In this document: positions 56,209-64,000 of the stretch, piece by piece
How positions within the stretch are numbered: the stretch's first letter is position 1
Layout of the letters: every line of letters begins with the position of its first letter
IMG/VR virus record: IMGVR_UViG_3300021197_001752
Location: 32,001 to 96,000 of that record
Origin: a virus
Reading direction: 5' to 3' (one strand)
DNA: 64,000 bases
The notes under the pieces: generated by a model
Told to the model about the DNA's origin: nothing
Databases searched by the model: none
The model's input: the letters and a program-made list of their open reading frames with translations, nothing else
Translations under genes and position numbers: made by a program

Positions 56209-56451
56209 TCAGGCGTTGCCTAGCCTATGCCAGGTGGGCAGTCTGCTGAACTCATTGTGTGTAGGGTATTCCCAGTAGGCATCGTTAGCCATTAGGTAAC
56301 CGTAGGCTTTGTCAATGTCCTCTGGTATACTACTCCACCAGTGTTCGGTCACTAGGATACTATCCTCTAGGTTAATAATGTTTACTCTCTGCCGCCCGAA
56401 GGGTGAATGCATAGCGTCAAACTCCTGTCGCTTTTTTTCAAGGGGTGTCAA
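56209..56451 (-). CDS. Hypothetical protein
   Basis: 80 aa; abuts the vWA gene stop. Confidence 0.5.
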   Translation of the reverse strand: MTPLEKKRQEFDAMHSPFGRQRVNIINLEDSILVTEHWWSSIPEDIDKAYGYLMANDAYWEYPTHNEFSRLPTWHRLGNA

Positions 56452-57690
56452 TTAGTCTACAGCGATCACTCGCTCATTGGTTTGGAAGTAGGGACGGCTA
56501 GCACCACGGCTGTCCGTTAGCCACAGGCGTTGCGCCTTGCAGGCTTTAGGCTTGGGTGCCTCCATGTCCGTAAGGATAATGATACCATCCACGCTGTTGT
56601 TGTTAGCCCAGTCGGTAGGAGCATCGAAGCAGGTACCGCCACACATAACACGCTCAGCCTTTTGGCTCTTGCCCTTCTTCCAGACGTAGACCTTATCAGC
56701 ATCGACCTGGGTATCGAAGGGTACCACGGTAAACTCAGCGAGCTTAGCCAGGTTATTCAACTCAGCGAAGAAGGCTTCTAGCATCTCATCACTGACACTA
56801 CCAGACTGGTCAATGGCAATAGCAATCTTAGCTTGCCGCCGTACCTTCTTGCCTGGGTGGATGTAGGGGTAACGCTTATCAATACGCTTTACCGTGCTGC
56901 TCTTGCTGGCACGCTGGCTGGTCTTGATGAAGTACCTGAGTACCTTGCGCCAGTCTACCTTGGTCTCAAGGCGCTTCATGATCTCTTTGCGTACCCCACC
57001 TGACACTGAGCCCCAGCCACTGGAAGACTGAGCAGCCTCTTGCGCAGCTTCCTTGATGGCGTTCTTGAGTCGCTCCTTAGCCATCTGGGCTACCTCACTA
57101 CTGGCAGCTTCTTCCCAGCCAGAGTGATCATCAAAGTTACCAGGGCTTCCAGAGCCATTACTATTATTTTCTTCTTGCCCGCCAGAGTCGTCACCGCCAG
57201 ATGACTCACCCTCACCGTCGCCCTCTCCATCACCGTCTTGGCTCTCGCCCTCACCCTCGGACTCTTGGTCTTCAGGCATGTTGGCTAAGTACCACTCAGC
57301 AGACTCACCCTTGGGCATGTCTTCAAAGGGAGCGACACCAGGCATACAGCAGTTGTCAGGTAGCTCACCAACCAAGTGGCTATTGATAGCCAGGTCAGCA
57401 GCGATGTTCCACTTCTGATGAGGGACACCTTCAGGCTTACGGCTGGTAACATGATCAAAGATCAAGTGGTAGAACTCATGTTTGAGTACCCCAGCTTTCT
57501 CTACATCACTCAGGCTTTCAAAGAAGTCTGGGTTGTAAGCCATCTCAAAGTGACCATTCTCTGGATTGACTCTGACACCCGCAGTAGGGATACCATAGTT
57601 TTCCTTCTTTTCAATCTTACGACTTAGTGCAGCAAAGAAAGGCTCTTTGAGCAGCAAGCGATAAGCATGTAGTCTTAGATCAAAACTCAT
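56452..57690 (-). CDS. Metallopeptidase-like (DUF2201_N) plus vWA domain protein
   Basis: LKHEFYH...WNIAADLAIN; acidic linker; AIDQSGSV (MIDAS), FDT, GGTCF, ILTD. Confidence 0.9.
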   Translation of the reverse strand: MSFDLRLHAYRLLLKEPFFAALSRKIEKKENYGIPTAGVRVNPENGHFEMAYNPDFFESLSDVEKAGVLKHEFYHLIFDHVTSRKPEGVPHQKWNIAADLAINSHLVGELPDNCCMPGVAPFEDMPKGESAEWYLANMPEDQESEGEGESQDGDGEGDGEGESSGGDDSGGQEENNSNGSGSPGNFDDHSGWEEAASSEVAQMAKERLKNAIKEAAQEAAQSSSGWGSVSGGVRKEIMKRLETKVDWRKVLRYFIKTSQRASKSSTVKRIDKRYPYIHPGKKVRRQAKIAIAIDQSGSVSDEMLEAFFAELNNLAKLAEFTVVPFDTQVDADKVYVWKKGKSQKAERVMCGGTCFDAPTDWANNNSVDGIIILTDMEAPKPKACKAQRLWLTDSRGASRPYFQTNERVIAVD

Positions 57691-57700
57691 TTCATCTCTT

Positions 57701-57739
57701 CCTTACAATTTATAGTACCACACTATGGCTACCTGTCAA
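57701..57739 (-). promoter_or_regulatory. Early promoter, copy 3
   Basis: TTGACA-16 nt (ending TGG)-TACTAT-AAATTGTAAGG. Confidence 0.85.
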
Positions 57740-57772
57740 GTAAACTACTATATTTATTTGCCCTTTAAAAGC

Positions 57773-57798
57773 AAAAGCCCACCATTACTTCGGTGGGC
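57773..57798 (-). terminator. Terminator between the AAA+ and vWA genes
   Basis: GCCCACC-8 nt-GGUGGGC-UUUU. Confidence 0.75.
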
Positions 57799-57841
57799 CC
57801 TGCCGATCTCAAGGGAACCTTAGTTTGTGTAAGGTAGAGAA

Positions 57842-58894
57842 TCAGGCTCCCAAGATCTTTGCCAGGTACCCAGCGACGGAATCACCGCCAGCAAGCTCAG
57901 CAGCATGAAACAGCTTCACTTTGGGTTGTGGCATCCGAGCGACAACTTGCCACAGCTTCATGGCAGCTTCGCTAGGAAGGGTAACGAAGTACTTAGCCAG
58001 GTTCACAACCTGTTCTTCACTAAGGTCTTCTTCATTGAGTTTTCCAGAAGCGTCAAGCTTCTCAATCAAAGCACAGTTATCATTCAAGGAGAACCCAGCA
58101 AGGGCTTCCGAACGCTCACCGTTGAGCAACTGATCAACCGTAACCTGCCGCTCGTAGTTGGCAGCGAAGTCGTTGAAGGAAACAGCAGCTTCAAAGCCCA
58201 CGAAGGACTGAGCAAGGGCGAACATCTGGGGACCTGGGGACTCCAGAAGCTCAGCTTTAGCCAGCACTTGGTTCAACCGATCCCAGCTACGACGGCTAGG
58301 GTACCGCTTGTTAGGCTCGATGTCACCATTATGCTCAAGGTGATCACGATTCTGGTTGATGAAGTCCCAAACCAGGGAGTCAACATTGTCTTTTGCCCAA
58401 GACAACCAGTCCTCTACCGTGGGCTCAATGTCCCAAACCGACCAACGGTCAAGTTCAGCAGGGTCCATCTCATTGACTTGGTACTGCTCACCGTGCTCAC
58501 CGCCATTGATGGCAGCAAATACGATCGTATCAGCATGAAGGTAGTGCCCGTTGAGCTTTCGGCTGTCCGTCAACTCAAAGATACCCTGGCGAACTTCCAA
58601 GGTGGCACGGTCAACTTCGTCCAAGAAGAGAACAACGGGCTCTTCACAAGCCTGCTTGAACCAATCTGGGGGATTGAAGCTGGTACGGTTGCCTTCAATG
58701 CTAGGCAAGCCAACCAAGTCACCCTCGGTCATCTGGCTGGCACGACGCTCCACTACTGGAAGCTCCATGCCCTTAGCAATCTGGTAAACAACTTGGCTCT
58801 TACCCACACCGTGGCGACCACGAAGCAGGACAGGCAGGCGAGCGGCAGATACCGCAGGCGCTAAGTTCACAAAGGTTTTGAAGTCTACACTCAT
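57842..58894 (-). CDS. MoxR-like AAA+ ATPase
   Basis: GRHGVGKS (Walker A), LFLDEVDRA (Walker B), AAIN, MDPAELDRW, PSRRSW. Confidence 0.92.
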   Translation of the reverse strand: MSVDFKTFVNLAPAVSAARLPVLLRGRHGVGKSQVVYQIAKGMELPVVERRASQMTEGDLVGLPSIEGNRTSFNPPDWFKQACEEPVVLFLDEVDRATLEVRQGIFELTDSRKLNGHYLHADTIVFAAINGGEHGEQYQVNEMDPAELDRWSVWDIEPTVEDWLSWAKDNVDSLVWDFINQNRDHLEHNGDIEPNKRYPSRRSWDRLNQVLAKAELLESPGPQMFALAQSFVGFEAAVSFNDFAANYERQVTVDQLLNGERSEALAGFSLNDNCALIEKLDASGKLNEEDLSEEQVVNLAKYFVTLPSEAAMKLWQVVARMPQPKVKLFHAAELAGGDSVAGYLAKILGA

Positions 58895-58907
58895 ATCAAT
58901 CTCTCTC

Positions 58908-58946
58908 CCTTACATCTTATAGTACCATGTATACGCTGGGAGTCAA
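58908..58946 (-). promoter_or_regulatory. Early promoter, copy 4
   Basis: TTGACT-16 nt (ending TGG)-TACTAT-AAGATGTAAGGG. Confidence 0.8.
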
Positions 58947-59292
58947 GGAAACTGCTAAACTTTTTTCACTTTATTTCTCCCTGCGAAAACTGTTTAACAA
59001 CCATTAGTATATGGTGTATAATGAGAGTTTATTCCCCTTAGCCTGCTAAATAATCCGCTTGACGCCTTTACATCATCTATGTATTAGGTCCCTCCGCACT
59101 TCAAGGCAGACCAGACATTGGTGTCATACCACTGCCTATTTTATAATCAAAACCTTATTTTTGCACAATTAATAAGCAAACCTCCTGCATAAAAAGTAGG
59201 CACCCCTATGACTTTGCTGTCAACTTGAAAAAAAGCGCCCATTTATTGTCACTCCTAAACACAACTATGCACAAATATTAGGCAAAGCTTCT

Positions 59293-59700
59293 TTAAACAC
59301 GAGAGGCCTCAACGGCGGCGACCCTGGCGGCTCTTCTTCTCTTGTTCCGTCGTATCCTCAATTGGCTAATCGACACATCGGTCACTCCGTACTCACCCTT
59401 GGCAGCAAGTCCTTCTCTGCCATGCCACATTCGGCTGAAAGCACTACCACTGTACTCATTACCTACTTCATCATAAAAGCCTAACTTATATAACTCTCTT
59501 GTAACATGACTATAGAAGTTTCTGTGTGTAGTAATCAACTTAACCCAACCTTCGATATCCTCCATAGAAGCAAACCAGTTACCTGGGGTTCTCCATTCTG
59601 TCTCTCCATTAGGATCATCTATGTTCTTCTGGATGTACTCATCTGCAATCCTATAGATGTGTTCAATCATTTCTTCACTAGGGTCTTCTAATTCAAACAT
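59293..59700 (-). CDS. Hypothetical protein
   Basis: 135 aa; Arg-rich C-terminus. Confidence 0.6.
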   Translation of the reverse strand: MFELEDPSEEMIEHIYRIADEYIQKNIDDPNGETEWRTPGNWFASMEDIEGWVKLITTHRNFYSHVTRELYKLGFYDEVGNEYSGSAFSRMWHGREGLAAKGEYGVTDVSISQLRIRRNKRRRAARVAAVEASRV

Positions 59701-59725
59701 TATTATTTGTCGCCCGCTGCTTATA

Positions 59726-59914
59726 TTATAGGATCAAACTTAGCAGCACCAAAAGGCTTAGGATACCTAGCTTCATTTGGGTGCGCTTGTGGTTCTGCTC
59801 TAACAACTCGACCTTGGATTCTGCATTGATTACTCTTGTATACAATCCCTCTACGTCGTTAGCGAAAATAGAGATTGTCTTGTTGAGCTTCTGCTCTATG
59901 TGATAGTTTGCCAT
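59726..59914 (-). CDS. Small coiled-coil protein with C-terminal TM
   Basis: 62 aa; hydrophobic tail. Confidence 0.55.
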   Translation of the reverse strand: MANYHIEQKLNKTISIFANDVEGLYTRVINAESKVELLEQNHKRTQMKLGILSLLVLLSLIL

Positions 59915-59932
59915 TGTTCTTATGTTCCTTTG

Positions 59933-60121
59933 CTAGTAGATCTTTGGCTCGAAATAGGAAGCGGGCGCTCTGTTGTACCACTCCTCTTCTGTTTGTTCTT
60001 GTGTGGCTCGTTTGTATAATCTCATATACTCTTTGGTCCAAGACTTGCCTCTGTTGCTCCATCTCTTATGTTCTGCTAGGGCGTCGGTCCATGCTGGGTA
60101 TCTATCATATCGCTTATGCAT
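59933..60121 (-). CDS. Hypothetical protein
   Basis: 62 aa; competes with the overlapping ORF 59859-60062. Confidence 0.4.
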   Translation of the reverse strand: MHKRYDRYPAWTDALAEHKRWSNRGKSWTKEYMRLYKRATQEQTEEEWYNRAPASYFEPKIY

Positions 60122-60259
60122 TAGTGTCTGTCCCTGTCATCATCAAAGCTTTCCATTAGATCTAAGAACCAATCAAAGAACTTATAGAGGTATCTGTTTA
60201 TTACGATGCCTGCTGCAAATGCTACAATCATTGTCGCTACTACTTTTAACGTATACAAC

Positions 60260-60424
60260 TTATAAGTCCTCTAGTATTGATTCTTTTATTTTTGTTACGT
60301 CGCCCAATGTTGCTCCGCCTTGGCTGATAAGCAGGTCGAGTAGAACAAGGGCAGCTTCTGCGCCTGGATGCTCGTCGCTATTCAACTGGTAGCGGATCAA
60401 CCTGATTACCTCTGCTCTCTTCAT
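60260..60424 (-). CDS. 54-aa hypothetical protein (below the ORF-track cutoff)
   Basis: MKRAEVIRLIRYQLNSDEHPGAEAALVLLDLL...; ATGA overlap with the nuclease stop. Confidence 0.5.
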   Translation of the reverse strand: MKRAEVIRLIRYQLNSDEHPGAEAALVLLDLLISQGGATLGDVTKIKESILEDL

Positions 60425-61122
60425 CGCTTCAATTGGGCAATGCCACTGGGGGAGTCTAAGCTAATCGGTGACTTACCCTTGAACTTTAGTCGTGCCTGGG
60501 CCCGCAACAAACCGCTGACTCGCCGAACGCCTGCGGCGTTTAGTGTAGAGCCACTGCGCCCCGCTCGTAACTCAATGTCAATCTCGCCTTCGAGCTTGGG
60601 TACGGGTAGGTTCGCTGGGTTCTCACCCAAATAGAATAAGCCTGCTCCACCAATCTGCATATAGTGGATGCCCTTCTTCTTGTAGTGGTCAATAATAAAA
60701 GAAGCGTCCTCTTTGATTTTAGCGTTGATAGGTTTTAATAATCCTTTTTGCTTTGCTGCCGTCCAAGTGTACTTGTCGCAAGTGGTAGGGAACTTCTCTC
60801 CACCAATGGCTGAGAGTAGTCGCTCAATAGCATCTACCTTTTGACCTAGTGCTGTGATGATTAGCTCTGCTGTGTTGCCATCTACGGCTTCACTTACCAT
60901 CTCAAAGCCACCATTATCGTAGCGTACAGAGGTGCCTCCCATTTGTGCGTGGGAGTCCTGCTTCACTTCTAATAAATATTTTTTACCGCCGACAAAAAAA
61001 TCTGCGTCGGCAAGTGTTGCCGATGCGCCTGCCCCCTCCTGAATATCGCCTGCGACCCCTGCCGCTTTCAAAGCTTCAATGACCGTTGTCTCGTAAGCAA
61101 ACCCTTGTTCGTTATTACTCAT
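60421..61122 (-). CDS. PD-(D/E)XK restriction-endonuclease-like protein
   Basis: GFAYE...ADADF...LLEVK catalytic pattern. Confidence 0.7.
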   Translation of the reverse strand: MSNNEQGFAYETTVIEALKAAGVAGDIQEGAGASATLADADFFVGGKKYLLEVKQDSHAQMGGTSVRYDNGGFEMVSEAVDGNTAELIITALGQKVDAIERLLSAIGGEKFPTTCDKYTWTAAKQKGLLKPINAKIKEDASFIIDHYKKKGIHYMQIGGAGLFYLGENPANLPVPKLEGEIDIELRAGRSGSTLNAAGVRRVSGLLRAQARLKFKGKSPISLDSPSGIAQLKR

Positions 61123-63095
61123 TGTGCTTCCATTTCTTCCTTTGAGTTATTCATCTCAACTAACTTCAATCGCTCTTCCTTGAGCTTGCGCTCTCTTGGA
61201 TTCCTACACTCGTTACAGTCCGATTTAACACCATCTAAATGTGACTTAGTGTTGTCTAAGGCATACTCACTCCATGGTATCATTTCGCCTGGCTTGCACT
61301 TGCTACATTCCTTACCCGCAAAACTAAGCTCTCGATCGGTTAAGAAAAACAAGCGGTTTTCGTACAAATGCTCAAGAAGCAATGCCTTGCCTTCTTTGGG
61401 GTATACTTTCTCCCAATACTCAAACCAATCAGTTGTTTGTCGTGAATTATTATCTTTAGCTAATACAAGCCAGAAGTTACTCTGATCATCACGACCGCCT
61501 CTAGCAAGGGGGATGTAGTGATCGACCTCACAGCGACCTTCCTCTACATCCTCAAGCTCTACGTTTGGAGCGCAAACGCCAGCATCAAATAACTCCATAT
61601 GATCCTGCATACTGCTAGCGGCAGTTCGCCTGCACTTGATAGCTTGACTAGCTAACCACTGTGTTTCCCTCTTAGCGTCGTCAGCTTGTAAATAATCAAG
61701 CATATATTCAAGGCGCTTATTCATGCCCTTGATACGCCAGGCTGATTTCTTACTGTGTGCCCAAGAATAGATTTTTGGATTCTTTAGTTTTTTAGCCTTT
61801 TTCTCAGCAGCGTCTGCTGCTTTATCCCACTGCCTCACCCTGGTCTCTGAGAATGTGTATTTCTTATCCATCCGATCCTGCATTTTCTCATACATGGACC
61901 AGAAAGCCGAGGCGTCGTTTAGTTCAAAGCCCTGCTTATCAAATGCAACAAGTAAGCTCAAGATATCTGAACGATCGCTTTGATCCATATCACCAATAGG
62001 TTCACCATCAGTTTTGACGTTTGCATTCCAGATCTTAACAAATTGAGCCCACACAGTGTTAGAAAACCTAGGGTAGTAGTGAACCACATCAGCAGACCTA
62101 ATGTACATGTCTTTAAGCCTGTGCTTATTGTTAATAGTGCTAGGTGTCTGCACCTTACCACCAGTAATCTCTCCAGAAACTCTTGCTTCGTGGTATTTCT
62201 CATACTGCTGATAATCAGCGTACATACTGAATGCACAAGCAATCAACTCATCGTTGGAGTAACGATAGCAATTTGGATAAATGTCTTTATCCTTACTGCT
62301 GACCTTGAAGTACCTCACTGGTGCTGGGGCGTTATGTTCCGCCTTGTATGCCTTCCAAGTATTATATTCTTCTGCTGCATCGTCACGGGCCAGTATGCAA
62401 ATCTGTGTATTTGACGCATTGCGATCTTCGGCATCATTTGTGGTCCCTGTAGAGTGCCAGCGACCGAAAGTCATGTAAATCTCTGGATTGGTGTAGCCAG
62501 CGAAAACATCGACCGAAAAGGTGAAGTTATTAAGGTAATTCCTATGGTCAATCGTAAGTTCTGAGTAAAGAGCACCGTCAGGATACAGCTTTTTATGCTC
62601 GGGGTCGGTTGGATACCACTTAAATTCATCAGCGACGTATGCTGCGCCTGTCTCTACTCTGTTGTTACAGTCAAAAGACATCAACTCAAAAAGATCTTTA
62701 ATTTTTTGATCAAGCTCCCCTCTGTCTTCGCCCTGGATCAAGTAGGCCCCATTAGCGTCTTTTGCCTGAAACTGTAACACCAGACTAACCAAAGTAAACG
62801 GCTGCAAGGGGATGCCACGCATTACCGAATCCATGTAAAAGCTCCGAGTTGCCTTATCCCAAAATCCTCGTCGCTGAAATCCCAAGTTCAGCCAGATCTT
62901 TTTATAGATCGGCTCGACAGCAGGAACTATTACGCCTGATGGCAACGTCTCGGCAGGGGAACCGATAAACACCTGCCTAAAGGTCGGTCGATAAGTGGTT
63001 TGATGCCTGACCTGCCCACTCGATAGTGTAGCGATCTGGGCGTGATGCGTTGGTTTGATACCTTCATCCCATGTTGGTCTTACTGTGTTTGACAA
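61119..63095 (-). CDS. DUF262 (ParB/Srx-like) plus HNH nuclease plus Zn-finger, GmrSD-like architecture
   Basis: FQRRGFW...YMDSVMRGIPLQPF...DCNNR (DGxQR-like); EVDHYIPLARGGRDDQSNFWLVLAKDN (HNH); CSKC...DG..SDCNEC. Confidence 0.7.
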   Translation of the reverse strand: MSNTVRPTWDEGIKPTHHAQIATLSSGQVRHQTTYRPTFRQVFIGSPAETLPSGVIVPAVEPIYKKIWLNLGFQRRGFWDKATRSFYMDSVMRGIPLQPFTLVSLVLQFQAKDANGAYLIQGEDRGELDQKIKDLFELMSFDCNNRVETGAAYVADEFKWYPTDPEHKKLYPDGALYSELTIDHRNYLNNFTFSVDVFAGYTNPEIYMTFGRWHSTGTTNDAEDRNASNTQICILARDDAAEEYNTWKAYKAEHNAPAPVRYFKVSSKDKDIYPNCYRYSNDELIACAFSMYADYQQYEKYHEARVSGEITGGKVQTPSTINNKHRLKDMYIRSADVVHYYPRFSNTVWAQFVKIWNANVKTDGEPIGDMDQSDRSDILSLLVAFDKQGFELNDASAFWSMYEKMQDRMDKKYTFSETRVRQWDKAADAAEKKAKKLKNPKIYSWAHSKKSAWRIKGMNKRLEYMLDYLQADDAKRETQWLASQAIKCRRTAASSMQDHMELFDAGVCAPNVELEDVEEGRCEVDHYIPLARGGRDDQSNFWLVLAKDNNSRQTTDWFEYWEKVYPKEGKALLLEHLYENRLFFLTDRELSFAGKECSKCKPGEMIPWSEYALDNTKSHLDGVKSDCNECRNPRERKLKEERLKLVEMNNSKEEMEAQ

Positions 63096-63167
63096 GCGTA
63101 ATACCTCCTCTGTATTTCTATTGTAAGATTATATTATATTATTTTTTGATATGCGTTAAGGTTTTAT

Positions 63168-63614
63168 TTAAAACTCTTCGCAATGAATTTCTGCTGGGTC
63201 GCAGTCTAACTTTAGCCGCCAGCCTTTCTCGACTGGGTTATCGACAACATAGCTGCGAACTTTATAATAATGCTGCTCGTCTGAAACTGAGATCAAGTCT
63301 TGGTCCGTCTCTACATTGAAAACAAATTTGCAAACTCGAACAGCTTCTTGCGCACCTTTACGCACGCCAGAGCCAACCGCCTTGATGTTCTCACTGTTGG
63401 CTAAGAATACCGCAACCTTGCAGTATCGACCAAACTTGTCCATCTCTTTAGTATGCAGGTTGACTCTTTCGCAACACTTGCGAATATCTGCTGGTGATTT
63501 CTTATAGAATTTCATAGAGCAGCCGCTCATAGCTCCGAAGACTAACAGCAAGCTAGCTAGGATTCCTAAGTAAGTAACCACGTCAATGGTACTAAGATTC
63601 TTTAACTTCTTCAT
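63168..63614 (-). CDS. Cys-rich putative lipoprotein
   Basis: Hydrophobic segment ending AMSGC (lipobox-like); several Cys. Confidence 0.55.
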   Translation of the reverse strand: MKKLKNLSTIDVVTYLGILASLLLVFGAMSGCSMKFYKKSPADIRKCCERVNLHTKEMDKFGRYCKVAVFLANSENIKAVGSGVRKGAQEAVRVCKFVFNVETDQDLISVSDEQHYYKVRSYVVDNPVEKGWRLKLDCDPAEIHCEEF

Positions 63615-63792
63615 CCTGTTTTTCGCTTTCTAATTCTAGTTTGTGTCCGCAAAGGGGACAATTCCAATTACCAACTTCTCTAAATGCATATCGGAAGCCG
63701 CAAGCCTCAAGTAGCTTGTTGTTGCGACCAGGCCCCGAAGGGCAAGCATAAAGATAAGTCTTTTTATTTATCTTTGTTCGCACCGAATTCAT
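63592..63792 (-). CDS. Small zinc-finger protein
   Basis: CP...CG...CPLCG. Confidence 0.45.
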   Translation of the reverse strand: MNSVRTKINKKTYLYACPSGPGRNNKLLEACGFRYAFREVGNWNCPLCGHKLELESEKQDEEVKES

Positions 63793-64000
63793 ATCCTATC
63801 CAAAAGGTAACAACCATACATGCCAATACAAGTCCAACTTGTGCCATGTCATGAACGCTCATAATCTTTTATTAACTTTGTTTTTATACAGCCTGTTACC
63901 AATTGATTGGTGCAGCTTATCAAGCAATAACACGGTCATTACACTGGTGCCGACGGCGAGTGTGGCAAATCCAAGTCCAGTCCAGCTAGTCACGCTTTCT
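63765..64000 (-). CDS. Membrane protein, partial (5' end outside the window)
   Basis: Open frame ...GLGFATLAVGTSVMTVLLL...VGLVLACMVVTFWIGYEFGANKDK* with two TM-like segments. Confidence 0.5.

Noticed and set aside
57905-58864. 319-aa plus-strand ORF, and other plus-strand ORFs such as 45-584 and 43947-45782
   Set aside because: They are antisense shadows of well-supported minus-strand genes with biased codon usage, and have no motifs or RBS.
1-64000. Stop-codon reassignment (alternative genetic code)
   Set aside because: Genes are full length and densely packed in code 11, with TAA, TAG and TGA all used as stops.

Overview
This window looks like 64 kb of a large (jumbo-type) contractile-tailed bacteriophage genome in the standard genetic code. 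Every credible gene is on the minus strand; plus-strand ORFs appear to be antisense shadows. Blocks in window order: (1) 1-14 kb, baseplate and virion genes: a LamG-like protein, a DNRLRE-like protein, a gp6/J-like wedge, gp25, a 1805-aa unknown, a spike-like protein and a dual muramidase/M15 peptidase. (2) 14-15.8 kb, a sigma-like factor and an FmdB zinc ribbon. (3) 15.9-33.6 kb, a 21-gene glycan biosynthesis and sulfation island with WecB, CysC-HAD, a small HxGH nucleotidyltransferase, a sulfotransferase, RfbB, DegT, a GNAT, a split transketolase, NTase-RpiB, PfkB, KdsC and several glycosyltransferases. (4) 33.6-40 kb, a Cas4-like nuclease, a zincin, PIN-PhoH, a complete tmRNA and a ligase-like/HxGH fusion. 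(5) 40-47 kb, modular fibre-like proteins. (6) 47-48.3 kb, a tRNA cluster (Thr, Ile2 next to TilS, Arg, and a non-canonical tRNA-Gly(ACC)). (7) 48.3-64 kb, small accessory and early genes, including about nine SH3/KOW-like paralogues, an SLT, a histone-like protein, a PilX-like protein, Smr, a MoxR/vWA pair behind repeated sigma70-type promoters, and a DUF262-HNH plus PD-(D/E)XK nuclease pair. The best candidates for new biology are a self-contained PAPS/sulfation pathway with a possible minimal ATP sulfurylase, [ST]GS-rich virion proteins as possible glycosylation targets, the atypical tRNA-Gly(ACC), and the SH3-like family expansion. Protein family calls come from reading motifs by eye; no database searches were run.
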